Positions 28,781 to 39,182 of a stretch of DNA of 64,000 bases are shown piece by piece; position 1 is the first letter of the stretch, and every line of letters begins with the position of its first letter. Source of the DNA: Candidatus Harrisonbacteria bacterium. Its GTDB lineage: Bacteria; Patescibacteriota; Minisyncoccia; UBA6257; 02-FULL-45-10c. The stretch is taken from contig JACROC010000005.1 of NCBI GenBank assembly GCA_016214655.1, positions 67,078 to 131,077 of the forward strand, read 5' to 3'. The translations under genes were made by a program, and so were the position numbers. The notes below the pieces were generated by a model that saw only the letters and a list, made by a program, of their open reading frames with translations, was not told the origin of the DNA and did not search any database.

Positions 28781-29518
28781 TTATTCTTCCGTTTCGTGGT
28801 GGCCCCACTCCAGCAGAGGCAGCCAGACCAGTTTATTAATGCTAAAAATCAATGCCAGAAAGCCTAAAATCCCGAATATTGTGACATTGGCATTGTTAGA
28901 AAACTGCTGGAAAAAACTTCCAAGGCCGGTTTTGATGCCGACGATTATTTCCGTCGCTACCAGCGCTTCCCACCCCTCTCCCAGCCCTATAATTGAACCG
29001 GTTATAAGACCGGTCACGCTTACCGGCCAAAGGAAATACCGCAGGTAATCCAGCCCGCTTAAACGCGACATTATTGCCGCTTCTTCCCAGTCCTGCCTTA
29101 TCAGCTTCAGAGAGCTGACAATTGAAAATAGAATCGGCCAGATCACCGTCAATACGAGAAAAAATATAATGGTAAAGTTAGACGGCCCGAAAAAGAAAAC
29201 AGCAAGGGGCAAAGCGGCAAAAGTTGGGAAACTTTGAAGCACGTCAAAAATCGGAAGCGCGACGGCTGCAAATTTTTCCTGATGGAAAAGAACCGCCAAA
29301 CACCAAGCCATAACCGCCGCAATCAAATAGGCCGCCAGAAGCCGCCAACCGGAAATTAAAATGTCCAATAATAATTTTGTTGAAGGAATATTGGCCAAAC
29401 CCGAAAATACCAGAAAAAAAAGAAATGGAAATAAAACAATCAAAAGGGTTATTGCCAAATGCCACCGCTTTTTATAAATTTTCATCAATTTTTTCCGCAT
29501 GCTTTTATTATAAATCAA
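28781..29518 (-). CDS. ABC transporter permease (NitT/TauT family)
   Basis: Polytopic protein with an EAA-like loop (EAAIMSRLSG), upstream of the ATPase. Confidence 0.7.
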   Translation of the reverse strand: MIYNKSMRKKLMKIYKKRWHLAITLLIVLFPFLFFLVFSGLANIPSTKLLLDILISGWRLLAAYLIAAVMAWCLAVLFHQEKFAAVALPIFDVLQSFPTFAALPLAVFFFGPSNFTIIFFLVLTVIWPILFSIVSSLKLIRQDWEEAAIMSRLSGLDYLRYFLWPVSVTGLITGSIIGLGEGWEALVATEIIVGIKTGLGSFFQQFSNNANVTIFGILGFLALIFSINKLVWLPLLEWGHHETEE

Positions 29519-29969
29519 ATCTCATCCTGAATTTATATTCTTTAAATCCGGCGCTTTTCCAGAATCTTATTCCGGCTTCGTTTCTGACGTCTACGCTAAG
29601 CTCAATGTTTTTAGCTTTTTTTATTTCAAACCATTTTAAAGCTTCATTTAAAAGCTGTCTGGCAATTCCCCGCTTACGATACTTTTCTGAAACAAAAGCA
29701 TCATAAATAATTCCGATTTTTTTTACGATCGCATAATCTGGCGCCCTTTCCACCCCGGCCCTCAAATAGCCGACCAACTTCCCGTTATCTTCCGCTACCA
29801 AACTCCTGGTGTCTTTATCGTTCAGCCAAAATTTCACGTCCTCCTCCAAAGTTTTATATTCGGAAAATGCTTTATAATATCCATCAATTTCATGGTGGTA
29901 ATCCACCATGCCTTCAATTAAATTCAATAATCCAAGTAAATCTGATTTTTGTAAATTTCTTATAATCAT
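29508..29969 (-). CDS. GNAT family N-acetyltransferase
   Basis: Acetyl-CoA-binding motif RKRGIARQLL...A. Start chosen at MIIRNLQKS, since the track N-terminal extension is low-complexity. -10 TATAGT close to the ATG. Confidence 0.6.
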   Translation of the reverse strand: MIIRNLQKSDLLGLLNLIEGMVDYHHEIDGYYKAFSEYKTLEEDVKFWLNDKDTRSLVAEDNGKLVGYLRAGVERAPDYAIVKKIGIIYDAFVSEKYRKRGIARQLLNEALKWFEIKKAKNIELSVDVRNEAGIRFWKSAGFKEYKFRMRFDL

Positions 29970-30035
29970 ATAGGATTGACTATAGCAAAAATTTGTTATA
30001 AAATATAGGCGGTTCTTAAAAACTAAAAATGCAGT

Positions 30036-31157
30036 ATGAAAAGAGCAGTTTACGCCGGCAGTTTTGATCCGCCCACCATCGGCCATCTCTGGATGATAGA
30101 GCAGGGAGCCAAACTTTTTGACGAATTAATAGTAGCCCTCGGAACTAATGCGGATAAAAAATACGCTTTTACGGAACAAGAGAGATTGGCTATGCTTGGC
30201 AAATGTACGGCCCATTTATCGAATGTCAAAGTGACATTTTTTGTTAATCAATTTTTAGTAAATTACGCGCGCTCCGCCGGAGCAACATACATTTTACGCG
30301 GTATTAGAAACGAAAGTGATTATGAATACGAAAAAGGAATGCGCTACATCAATAGCGATCTTGATCCTCAAATCACAGCCATATTTCTTATTCCGCCGCG
30401 AAAAATTGTAGAAATTAGTTCCAGTTTGGTAAAGGGATTGATCGGGCCAGAAGGCTGGGAGAAAATAATCGGAAAATTTGTTACTCCAGCCGTTCATCAA
30501 AAATTATTAGAGAAGTTTAGAGACTCAACGAACGAAGCGTCGTTAAAAAATCGGTGGTTAGCACTTTGCATGACAATAGGCGCCACTCAAGATACCGAAA
30601 AAATATTTGCTATTTTATCTCGTCTATATTCTGAAAAGGAACGCGCCTATCATAAATTTCTACATATTGAGGAATGTCTTAATGAGCTAGAAAATACGCG
30701 GGCATTATGTATGGATCCAAACACTTTAGAAATGGCCATCTGGTTTCACGATGCTATCTATAATCCACGCTTGAAAAATAACGAGGAACAAAGCGCTAAG
30801 CTGGCGTATGAAGCTACAAAGACGATGGGGCTTTCAGAAACATTTGCACAAAAAGTTGCTGACCTTGTTCGAACCACAATCCATAAAGCTGTTCCGACTG
30901 ATCCAGACGCTCAATTACTCACAGATATTGATTTATCTATTCTTGGAAAACTGGCGGCAGAATTTGATGAATATGAGAAGAAGATTCGTAAAGAATATAG
31001 CTGGGTTTCAGAAGACCAATTCCGCGCTGGCCGCACCGCTATTCTCCGATCTTTTCTTGCTCGTCCAAGCATCTACGCTACAGAATATTTCCGAAACAAG
31101 TATGAAAAACAAGCCCGCGAAAATCTGGCTAGGTCGCTTGCCAAACTTTCACCATAA
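30036..31157 (+). CDS. coaD: phosphopantetheine adenylyltransferase (CoaD) fused to HD-superfamily phosphohydrolase-like domain
   Basis: The N-terminal 160 aa read AVYAGSFDPPTIGHLWMI...ISSSLVKGL, a canonical CoaD. The C-terminal 200 aa has YHKFLHIEE...WFHDAIYNP His/Asp motifs like COG4339 HD-type hydrolases. Confidence 0.65.
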   Translation: MKRAVYAGSFDPPTIGHLWMIEQGAKLFDELIVALGTNADKKYAFTEQERLAMLGKCTAHLSNVKVTFFVNQFLVNYARSAGATYILRGIRNESDYEYEKGMRYINSDLDPQITAIFLIPPRKIVEISSSLVKGLIGPEGWEKIIGKFVTPAVHQKLLEKFRDSTNEASLKNRWLALCMTIGATQDTEKIFAILSRLYSEKERAYHKFLHIEECLNELENTRALCMDPNTLEMAIWFHDAIYNPRLKNNEEQSAKLAYEATKTMGLSETFAQKVADLVRTTIHKAVPTDPDAQLLTDIDLSILGKLAAEFDEYEKKIRKEYSWVSEDQFRAGRTAILRSFLARPSIYATEYFRNKYEKQARENLARSLAKLSP

Positions 31158-31209
31158 ACCAAAAACGCCCATTGGGCGTTTTTAAATTTCATTTAATTAT
31201 ACCAAGAAC

Positions 31210-31428
31210 TTAACTGATCTCTATAATTTTCTGCTTGGATTTCAAACCGGAAATTATTTCGATATTGGACTGTGCTACATGAAAATACTCCGCAACCGTT
31301 TTGATTATTGCCGAATTAGCCCTCCCCTCAATCGGCGATTCTTTTACTGATATTTTAAAATGATTTTCATCCAATTTTTCCACTTCATTCTTCTTGACTC
31401 CAGTTTTTATTTTCACAAAAATTTTCAT
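31210..31428 (-). CDS. DUF167 (YggU-like) protein
   Basis: 72 aa with a GRANSAIIKTVAEYFHVAQSNIEIISGLKSKQKII pattern typical of DUF167. Confidence 0.65.
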   Translation of the reverse strand: MKIFVKIKTGVKKNEVEKLDENHFKISVKESPIEGRANSAIIKTVAEYFHVAQSNIEIISGLKSKQKIIEIS

Positions 31429-32106
31429 TTAAAAAAGCAAATCTAATTCTTTTTGATTTAATTCGCGGGTTTGGCCGGGTTTTAATTTGCCAAGCATAAT
31501 ATGCCCAATACGGATCCTTTTTAGGGCTTCCACGGTATAACCAAGCTCTCCTAGCATCACGCGTATCTGGTGCCGCTTTCCTTCCCTCAACACAACCGAA
31601 AGCGTATACTCATTAATCATTTTGGTTTTTGCCGGAAGCATTCTGCCGAATGTTTCCGTACGCATTCCTTTTTGAAAGATAGCAGGAATGCCTTTTCTCA
31701 ATTTCTCCCGGGTATTTACAATATATTCTTTTTCGAATTTCTCTTCACTGCCTAAAATTTTAGATGTAACCCGGCCGTCATTAGTTAAAATTAAAAGCCC
31801 TTCGGATTCCTTATCCAGCCTGCCAATCGGAAATAGTCCTCTTTCCCGCCATTCGGCAATCACGCTTTCTGATCCTTCCTGTATTTGCGTTGCCAAACCC
31901 CGCGGCTTGTAATAAGCAAGATATTCGTAAGTTTTTTTATTTTCTCCGCGCAATTCCACCTTATCCTTTCCAAGGATTTGCATACCCGGTTCAGCGCGTT
32001 TGCCATTCACCAAAACCTTACCGGCTAAAATAAGCTTATCTGCCTCCCTTCGCGAAGCCAGGCCTTTATCGCGCAAATATTTATTAATCCGAATTGGATA
32101 TTCCAT
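31429..32106 (-). CDS. pseudouridine synthase (RsuA/RluB family, S4 domain)
   Basis: N-terminal S4 domain (RINKYLRDKGLASRREADKLILAGKV). Catalytic GRLDKESEGLLILTNDG. Confidence 0.8.
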   Translation of the reverse strand: MEYPIRINKYLRDKGLASRREADKLILAGKVLVNGKRAEPGMQILGKDKVELRGENKKTYEYLAYYKPRGLATQIQEGSESVIAEWRERGLFPIGRLDKESEGLLILTNDGRVTSKILGSEEKFEKEYIVNTREKLRKGIPAIFQKGMRTETFGRMLPAKTKMINEYTLSVVLREGKRHQIRVMLGELGYTVEALKRIRIGHIMLGKLKPGQTRELNQKELDLLF

Positions 32107-32115
32107 TGAATTACA

Positions 32116-34308
32116 TCAACTAAGCGGCATTTGAAACCAAAAAGTGCTTCCTTTCCCCTCTTCTGATTCAAAACCTATTTTGCCGTCATGCTGTTCAATA
32201 AAATATTTAGCCAGCGAAAGTCCGATCCCGGATGCATCTGTTTTCATTGTATAAGCATTAGTAGCACGGAAAAATCTGGAAAAAATCCGCGGCTGTTCAG
32301 CCGTTGGAATCCCAATACCGGTATCAATGATCTCAAATCTAATTTCGGAATCCCCGGCCTGCATCTTTACGGTAATTTTTCCTTTATTCGGAGTATAGGT
32401 CACGGCATTATCTAATAACTGTTCCAATGCTTTACGCATCTTTTCCCCGTCGCAATTTACCGGCGGAAGTTCTTTTTGGGGATCTATATATTGAAATTCC
32501 AGCTCTTTAAGATTAATCCTATTTTTAAATTCGCCCATTACCGATTTCCAGATGCTATCCAGTGAAATTTCTTCCTTTTTAAATGTAATTCTTCCCTCCT
32601 CAACGTCCATTACGGTTAATATATCGTCAAGCCGCTTTAAAACTTCAATATTAGCTTCATAAGGAATTTTTAAGAAATTTCTCTGTTCGTCCTTTAATTT
32701 TCCGATATCTCCTGCTAATAGCGTCTCAATACTCCAGCGCATAGAGTTCAATGGCGTACGGAGCTGATGCGACATTAATTGAATGAATTTATTCCGCAAA
32801 TCGTTCAGCTCTTTAACGCGTTTATCGGCATGCGCTTTTTCTGTGGCATCGCTCGAATAAATCATGACAACTTTTACCCGTCCGGCCCCATCTTTAATCG
32901 GAGAAAAAATACTTAAACACCAGCCGTGCATAGAACCTTCCGGTGTATGGGCAAATTCTATTATTCCGCGTTCTCCACGCAAAGCATTCTTATACATTTT
33001 TTGCACTGCCTCACGAAATCCGCTTTCAATAGTTTTTATCCAATCCCATTGCAAAATATCCGCCCCCTCTTTAATAAAATGCTCATCCCTTCCGTATTTA
33101 TTCAGAAAAATTACCCGGCCTTCGCTATTGACAATCTTTATACAAATCGGGACAGTTTCAATAAGATTGCGATATTTTTCCTCACTTCTTAAAAGCTCCC
33201 CCGTTCTCTTAAGCACCATTTGTTCAAGATTATCATATGCCTCCTTCAGCTTTTGTGACATTAAGTTAAAAGATTCTGTGAATTTTCCTCGTTCATCACT
33301 TGATGATACCTGCAAGGTAATACTGTACTCACCTTTTTGTATTCTTACGGCCGCACTATACCAATCTTTTATCTGATTGTTGATTCTTCTGCCTAGAAAG
33401 TAAGATATTATGCCAACAATTAATAAGTCTAATATAGTAAAGATCATTACCCTATTACGCAAATTCAAAATTGGAGCTAAAAGCACATTCTTGTCTCCGG
33501 AAATAATAATCCCCCAGTTATTTCCCGGAAAATCCCTGAATCCAGTGCCATTTGCAAACCCGCTGAATACCACTTCCTTATGCGGAGAATAGAATTCCTC
33601 AATAAATCCGCTTTTGCCCTCTAAAACCATATTCACTGACGGAATATCCGGGGCTTTCTCTTTTAAAATTTTATCTTTAAAATATTCATCGGTGGAAAAA
33701 ATAACATTACGATTTTTATCAATTAATAATGCATGAGTTCCTTCCTCAATTATTACTTTATCTAAAAGGGCCTGAATATCCTCGGCAATGTAGCGCATAA
33801 CCAAAACACCCCAAGGCTTGCCTCTTGTATTAAGTACCGGTGCGGCAAAATAAATGATTGGTATATTAAGGTCCTCGGCAATCCTAATATCCCGTCCCGC
33901 ACTTATCTTTCCGGCCAATGCATCCTCCCAGTACGGGGTCAACTCATGCTGTTTCCCAACATCTTTATCCTTAGTATCAACCAACCTGACTCTGTCCATA
34001 TTGAAAAAAGACAAAGAGGCATAACCGGCTTTATTTTGATACGCAAGCAAAATATTCTTTATATCTTCTAAGCTGCTGGACTCGTCCTTTAGCACCAAAC
34101 TTTCCTTTAAGCGTAAAAGGTCGTGGTAATTGTTGTACATGATCGTTTCGATCATGGCCATCACGGTTTTTGAGTCATTCTGTAAATGATGTTCAGTGTC
34201 CTGTTTAATAGCAGATTCTCCGGCCTGTTCGCCTAAATAACTAATGCCGATAACCGGCACTAGTGAAATAACAATTAAAAGTAAAATAATTTTATAAATC
34301 AGCTTCAT
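32116..34308 (-). CDS. sensor histidine kinase (extracytoplasmic sensor domain, PAS, HisKA, HATPase_c)
   Basis: Two TM helices flank a periplasmic domain. H-box LMSHQLRTPLNSM. C-terminal G1/G2 boxes (DTGIGIP, GIGLSLAK). Confidence 0.8.
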   Translation of the reverse strand: MKLIYKIILLLIVISLVPVIGISYLGEQAGESAIKQDTEHHLQNDSKTVMAMIETIMYNNYHDLLRLKESLVLKDESSSLEDIKNILLAYQNKAGYASLSFFNMDRVRLVDTKDKDVGKQHELTPYWEDALAGKISAGRDIRIAEDLNIPIIYFAAPVLNTRGKPWGVLVMRYIAEDIQALLDKVIIEEGTHALLIDKNRNVIFSTDEYFKDKILKEKAPDIPSVNMVLEGKSGFIEEFYSPHKEVVFSGFANGTGFRDFPGNNWGIIISGDKNVLLAPILNLRNRVMIFTILDLLIVGIISYFLGRRINNQIKDWYSAAVRIQKGEYSITLQVSSSDERGKFTESFNLMSQKLKEAYDNLEQMVLKRTGELLRSEEKYRNLIETVPICIKIVNSEGRVIFLNKYGRDEHFIKEGADILQWDWIKTIESGFREAVQKMYKNALRGERGIIEFAHTPEGSMHGWCLSIFSPIKDGAGRVKVVMIYSSDATEKAHADKRVKELNDLRNKFIQLMSHQLRTPLNSMRWSIETLLAGDIGKLKDEQRNFLKIPYEANIEVLKRLDDILTVMDVEEGRITFKKEEISLDSIWKSVMGEFKNRINLKELEFQYIDPQKELPPVNCDGEKMRKALEQLLDNAVTYTPNKGKITVKMQAGDSEIRFEIIDTGIGIPTAEQPRIFSRFFRATNAYTMKTDASGIGLSLAKYFIEQHDGKIGFESEEGKGSTFWFQMPLS

Positions 34309-34316
34309 AAAAATAT

Positions 34317-35006
34317 CTATTCAACTATTTTTCTTTTTTCCAGCCACTCGCAGCGTTTGCAGAAATTATTAGGGCCAGGAAATGGGCCGTTTAAAAGATC
34401 AATCATTTCTTTCATTTTTTTAGGAAACTCTGCAAGATCAATTGCAACTTCATCGGCATGAAAATTCAGGTCCATCGACATTGAAGGATCTTCCCTGTCT
34501 TTCGTGTAATAATGAAGCAAATATGCTTTATTCCCTACCTCATACCCACGATTGGCGAACATCCAGGCATAAGCCGCCAGCTGTAAACGGTAATATTTCT
34601 GCTTGTCTTCTTTTGGAGGATCGCCGGAAGATTTATAATCAGCCGGAATAAATTCGTTATTCTTGCCGAGAAAAAGTTCATCAATTTTGCCATCAAGTAC
34701 GTATCCCAATTTTTCATCTATATACCGGAGCGCAGTCTTGTTATTGCGCCATTCTTCCAATTGGACTAAATCCGGAAAAAGACGGATTCCTTTAACTTCT
34801 GCGGCAAGTTCCGGCGGCAACCCGCCTTTTGCGCGAAATAAATCATACCGGGACTTAAGCCGCGAATCCATTGCGTCATTAAGGCGGAGCGGCAAAGTAA
34901 ACGGATGGCTGCCGATATGATTTTCCGCCCAAAAACAGCTTGGGCAATCCACAAAGCTGTACAACTTGCTGGGGCTCAATTTCCAGAATCCTTCATTATT
35001 TCGCAT
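34317..35006 (-). CDS. PD-(D/E)XK nuclease, Cas4/RecB-like with Cys cluster
   Basis: N-terminal CPSC and C-terminal CKRCEW cysteines (4Fe-4S-like arrangement). DGKIDEL and IPADYKSS are RecB motif II/III-like. Confidence 0.5.
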   Translation of the reverse strand: MRNNEGFWKLSPSKLYSFVDCPSCFWAENHIGSHPFTLPLRLNDAMDSRLKSRYDLFRAKGGLPPELAAEVKGIRLFPDLVQLEEWRNNKTALRYIDEKLGYVLDGKIDELFLGKNNEFIPADYKSSGDPPKEDKQKYYRLQLAAYAWMFANRGYEVGNKAYLLHYYTKDREDPSMSMDLNFHADEVAIDLAEFPKKMKEMIDLLNGPFPGPNNFCKRCEWLEKRKIVE

Positions 35007-35068
35007 ATCTTTTTTATTTTAGCATAAACAAAAACAAAAAACCGCTGATAATCAGCGGCAATCGGCCA

Positions 35069-35269
35069 TCAAGGCCTCGGACAAGGTTCTACTCGATCCA
35101 TAACATATACGTGATATTCCGTAGTCTCCGGATCACGATCGTGCAAGAGCTTTTCATACTTGCATCCGTTAGTGCATCCCACTTCATCAATTTCTCCTTG
35201 GCATTCTTTACAGATTAATTTCCGTAATTCTTTCCTAAGACTTTTCTTGAGGTTTGGCTTTTTGGCCAT
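35069..35269 (-). CDS. small cysteine-rich zinc-ribbon protein
   Basis: CKECQ...CTNGC...C pattern in 66 aa. Confidence 0.35.
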   Translation of the reverse strand: MAKKPNLKKSLRKELRKLICKECQGEIDEVGCTNGCKYEKLLHDRDPETTEYHVYVMDRVEPCPRP

Positions 35270-35332
35270 TTAATATCTCCGATTTTCAAATCGTCTGAAT
35301 AAAATAATAACACTGTAATTTAGAACAAACAA

Positions 35333-36112
35333 CTATTGCACAATCCTTCCGCCGAAATAAGTTCCGGTTGATCTCCGTTTTTCCTCATTTTTGTAGCAAG
35401 TAAGTCCGGTAAAATTTCCGCTCATGGTATTGCTGGTTATAGCGCCAGAAAAACCTATTCCGGAAGCGCCGCCGCTTCTTACGCTCCAATTGGCTGTATC
35501 ACCGGAACGCGATCCGCCCACAGATCCGCTTACACCCGCATCCGCGCTAAATTCCCCGCTGATAACTCCGCCGTTTTCTGATAAAAACGCCTGCCATCCG
35601 CCAGTTTCACCCTTGCATTCCGGAGGCGCAGTAACAGTATATTGGCCATGCCATTCTCCGGTAGCTGTTACTGGCTTAGGCGCAGGAGCAGGTGCCGGAG
35701 CCGGCTGAACTATAGGAGTACCATATCTTGAGTCTGTACTTACAGGTTCTTTTGGCAATTCTAACGGTTTTTCCTCAACTGGCCGCGCTGGAAATGGATT
35801 ATTTACCGTGGGCTGAATTTCCTCCACTGGAGCAGGGGCTTTTTTAAAAAAATCCGAAATTTCTTCCTTAAAAGCGACACCCATCCAGCCGGTCATTATA
35901 GCTAAGAGTCCGAGCGCAATTAAAATCTCCATTCCCGTAAATCCACCCTCCTGATCTTTTTCTTCGTCTTCAGTATTATGGCTGCCATCGGCGCAACCAC
36001 ATTCCCTTAAAGATTTGCCGTGATCCGGGCAATCTTCTGCCTGGCAAACTCCGGACTTATCCGACAACCCCTCGCACCCGCCGGTACAAACATAATGTTT
36101 ATTATTTTTCAT
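35333..36112 (-). CDS. membrane-anchored protein with Cys-rich N-terminal domain, Pro-rich linker and Gly/Ser-rich extracellular domain
   Basis: Start set at MKNNKHY. CTGGCEG...CQAEDCPDHG...CGCADGSH cytoplasmic metal-binding-like segment, one TM helix, a PAPAPAPAP linker and a C-terminal GS-rich region. Confidence 0.45.
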   Translation of the reverse strand: MKNNKHYVCTGGCEGLSDKSGVCQAEDCPDHGKSLRECGCADGSHNTEDEEKDQEGGFTGMEILIALGLLAIMTGWMGVAFKEEISDFFKKAPAPVEEIQPTVNNPFPARPVEEKPLELPKEPVSTDSRYGTPIVQPAPAPAPAPKPVTATGEWHGQYTVTAPPECKGETGGWQAFLSENGGVISGEFSADAGVSGSVGGSRSGDTANWSVRSGGASGIGFSGAITSNTMSGNFTGLTCYKNEEKRRSTGTYFGGRIVQ

Positions 36113-36192
36113 AAATTTATTTATAAATATATTATAGCATAAATTAAAAAACCGCCCTGACATTATATCGGGGCGATTTTTCTTAGTGGCGT

Positions 36193-36390
36193 TTATGCAC
36201 GCTCTACGTTAGTAGCAGCCGGGCCTTTTTCGCTTTGAGTGACCTCAAAAGTGACTTCGTCGCCAACTTTTAATTCATCAAATGCCACGCCCTTCAATTC
36301 TTTAGAATGGAAGAAGAGATCCTTTGTTTCGCCTTCGCGAGAAATGAATCCGAATCCCCGATCCGTAAGAGTTTTGATTGTTCCTTTCAT
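36193..36390 (-). CDS. cspA: cold-shock protein (CspA family)
   Basis: GTIKTLTDRGFGFISREGETKDLFFH contains RNP1- and RNP2-type motifs. Confidence 0.9.
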   Translation of the reverse strand: MKGTIKTLTDRGFGFISREGETKDLFFHSKELKGVAFDELKVGDEVTFEVTQSEKGPAATNVERA

Positions 36391-36509
36391 ATAATATTTA
36401 TAATTACTTTTTGCGATAAATTCGACTAGGTTTTCGTGTCTTATTTGCTTGAAGATAATACTATACTATAATTTATAGTTTGTCAAGTCCCCAGTACATA
36501 CGCGTATTT

Positions 36510-37265
36510 TTACGCCGCAAGCCAGCCGCCATCCACATAAAATGTGGCGCCAGTCACATAACTTGATTCTTCAGAAGCTAAAAATATCACCATTGCCGAT
36601 ACTTCTTCCGGTCTGCCGATACGCTTCAATGGAACACGGGTTTTAATTTCATTTGCCACTTCTTCAGTAACTTGTCCCACCATCGGCGTTTGAATAGCTC
36701 CCGGTGCAATCACGTTCACCGTAATGCCAAGCGGCGCCCACTCTATTGCCATCGTTTCACTCATTCCAATTATTCCGCCTTTAGACGCGGCATAATGGGC
36801 TGCGCCTTCAAAACCGATACCAACTCCGCCAGAAGCGATCGAGGCTATATTTATAATTCTGCCCCATTTTTGTTTTGCCATTTCCTGGGCCGCGCGCTGG
36901 GCGCATAAAAATTCTCCCTTCAAATTAATCGCAATGGTTTTATCCCAGTCTTTTTCAGACATTTCCAGCGCCGGTTTCGGATCAAAAATTCCGGCATTGT
37001 TCACTAAAATATCCAGCCGCCCAAACTGCCGCAACACTTCGTTAAAAACGCCGTCAACTTCTGATTTATCTGATACATCCATCTTAAAACAAACTCCCAG
37101 GCCGCCGCCTCCTTTTATTTTATCAACCACCGACTGGCATTCCGCCAAATCAACATCAGTTACCACAACCGTTGCTCCCTGCTTTGCAAGCGTAAGCGCA
37201 TGAGAGCGGCCCATACCGCGCCTCCCGCCAGTAACCAACGCAATTTTTCCTTTTAGATCAAACAT
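36510..37265 (-). CDS. SDR family oxidoreductase (FabG-like)
   Basis: TGGRRGMG cofactor-binding motif and a YAASK catalytic Tyr/Lys pair. Confidence 0.8.
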   Translation of the reverse strand: MFDLKGKIALVTGGRRGMGRSHALTLAKQGATVVVTDVDLAECQSVVDKIKGGGGLGVCFKMDVSDKSEVDGVFNEVLRQFGRLDILVNNAGIFDPKPALEMSEKDWDKTIAINLKGEFLCAQRAAQEMAKQKWGRIINIASIASGGVGIGFEGAAHYAASKGGIIGMSETMAIEWAPLGITVNVIAPGAIQTPMVGQVTEEVANEIKTRVPLKRIGRPEEVSAMVIFLASEESSYVTGATFYVDGGWLAA

Positions 37266-37299
37266 TATTTATAAGTTTATTATATTTTAATAAATTATT

Positions 37300-38448
37300 C
37301 TACTCTTTAGGAGTAAAATATTTTTTACCTTTCAGTTTTTCCGGCAGAAGTTCGTCCTTGGTATATTTTTCATATCCCTTTCCGTATCCCAAATTTTTCA
37401 TCAGTTTAGTGGGTGCGTTCCTGATTTTCATCGGCACCGGAAGATTGCCCAATTTCTCCGCATCCTCCATCGCCAGCAGATATGCTTCATAAGCGCTCCT
37501 GTCTTTTTTGGCAAGCGACAGATAAACCACCCCGTGCGCGAGGTTAATGCCGCATTCAGGCATACCAATGATATCCACTGCCTGAAATACTTCATTAGCA
37601 ACTACCAGCGCCGTTGGCTGAGCCATCCCGATATCTTCGCTGGCAAATATCACCATGCGCCGGGCAACAAACTTCGGATCTTCTCCGGCTTTCAGCATCC
37701 GGGACAGATAATAAAGCGCCGCATCCGGCTGGCTAGCCCGCATGCTTTTAATGAATGCACTGATGAGATTGTAGTGCTCCTCGCCTTTTTTATCATAACG
37801 CAAAAATTTAGACTGGAGAGTATTTTTCAGATTCTTGAGATTAATCTTTTTATATAGTCCGTAAGTATTTTCCAGCATGGCAATCGCCTGCCGGGCATCG
37901 CCATTAGCCATCGCCACCAGCCATTCCACGGATTCTTTATCCATCGGATAACCGGCCCGCTTGATTATCTTTTCCATATCCGCCGCCGGCAATTCATTAA
38001 GCACAAAAACCCGGCACCTGGAAAGCAAAGCCGGAATCACTTCAAAGCTCGGATTTTCAGTAGTCGCGCCGATCAGCGTCAGTTCGCCGCGCTCCACAAA
38101 AGGCAACAGAAAATCCTGCTGGGCTTTATTGAAGCGGTGAATTTCATCCAAAAATAAAACTTTCGGCTTGCCCCGCACCGAACCCATAAAACCATCCTCA
38201 ATAATGCGCCGGATATCATCCTTACCGGCCGAAACCGCAGAAAGCTCATACATCTCCGCATCCAGGCTTTTGGCATAAATTCTCGCTAAAGTTGTTTTGC
38301 CGCATCCCGGCGGACCCCAAAGGATAAAAGAAAAAAGATGCTTCTTTTCAATGGCAGTCCTAAGCGGACCACCCTTGCCGGCCAAATGTTCCTGGCCGAT
38401 AAAATCCTTTAAGGTTAAAGGCCGTATTTTTGAAGCCAATGGTTCCAT
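37300..38448 (-). CDS. rarA: replication-associated recombination protein A (RarA/MgsA AAA+ ATPase)
   Basis: [15 protein letters not shown] Walker [16 protein letters not shown] Walker B and sensor regions, plus a C-terminal MgsA domain. Confidence 0.85.
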   Translation of the reverse strand: MEPLASKIRPLTLKDFIGQEHLAGKGGPLRTAIEKKHLFSFILWGPPGCGKTTLARIYAKSLDAEMYELSAVSAGKDDIRRIIEDGFMGSVRGKPKVLFLDEIHRFNKAQQDFLLPFVERGELTLIGATTENPSFEVIPALLSRCRVFVLNELPAADMEKIIKRAGYPMDKESVEWLVAMANGDARQAIAMLENTYGLYKKINLKNLKNTLQSKFLRYDKKGEEHYNLISAFIKSMRASQPDAALYYLSRMLKAGEDPKFVARRMVIFASEDIGMAQPTALVVANEVFQAVDIIGMPECGINLAHGVVYLSLAKKDRSAYEAYLLAMEDAEKLGNLPVPMKIRNAPTKLMKNLGYGKGYEKYTKDELLPEKLKGKKYFTPKE

Positions 38449-38514
38449 GCTAATAAAATAAAACTGCTATCAGAATTTGCATTATGCATTTTTTGCACAT
38501 TGCTTTTTATTCAA

Positions 38515-39174
38515 TTAATTAAGAAAGCTCGGCTTTTTAATGACCTGAACTACCTTCCCGTTGATCATAAAATTATCATTCGGGTGGATATAGATCGGCG
38601 GAAAATCTTTGGTAGATTCAGACATCAGCACCACCTGGTTATTATTTTTATCCAGATAAAATTTCTTGATGTTCGCCATGCCATCAATAATGGAAAGCAC
38701 AATGTCTCCGGTTTTGACGTTCTTATCGTCTACATTCACAACCACATAATCCCCGTCTTCAATATTTTTCCCGCCGATTTTCGCCCGGTTCATACTGGGA
38801 CCGACTACTTTCAGGGCAAAAAGACGGCTCTCCTTAGCTTTTGCCGGCGCAAGCAATGAACTGGAAATCCTTAAAAATCCTTCAATATTAGTTTCGGCAA
38901 AAATCGTCGCTGGTCCGGCATTTACCGATCCTAAAATAGGAATAGTAAGGAGCTTGCCGTTGCCGGACATAGTTTCCCATTCCTGCCTGATTTTCTTGAT
39001 CATTCCCTTAGCTTTATTAATTTTAATAAGCCCCTTAGCTTGGAGCTGTAAAAGATGATGTTTAACTTTCTGCGGAGAATCCACTCCGATAAACGACCCT
39101 ATTTCTCTCAAGGTATGCTGGCCCAAGTTTTTCTCCTGGGCGACTTTTAATAATTGTTCTTGTATTTTATGCAT
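38515..39174 (-). CDS. lexA: LexA repressor (HTH plus S24 peptidase)
   Basis: N-terminal winged HTH. Cleavage-site-like NAGP. Catalytic Ser in VVGPSM and Lys in a KVVQVIKK-type C-terminus. Confidence 0.75.
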   Translation of the reverse strand: MHKIQEQLLKVAQEKNLGQHTLREIGSFIGVDSPQKVKHHLLQLQAKGLIKINKAKGMIKKIRQEWETMSGNGKLLTIPILGSVNAGPATIFAETNIEGFLRISSSLLAPAKAKESRLFALKVVGPSMNRAKIGGKNIEDGDYVVVNVDDKNVKTGDIVLSIIDGMANIKKFYLDKNNNQVVLMSESTKDFPPIYIHPNDNFMINGKVVQVIKKPSFLN

Positions 39175-39182
39175 ACCCGGTG

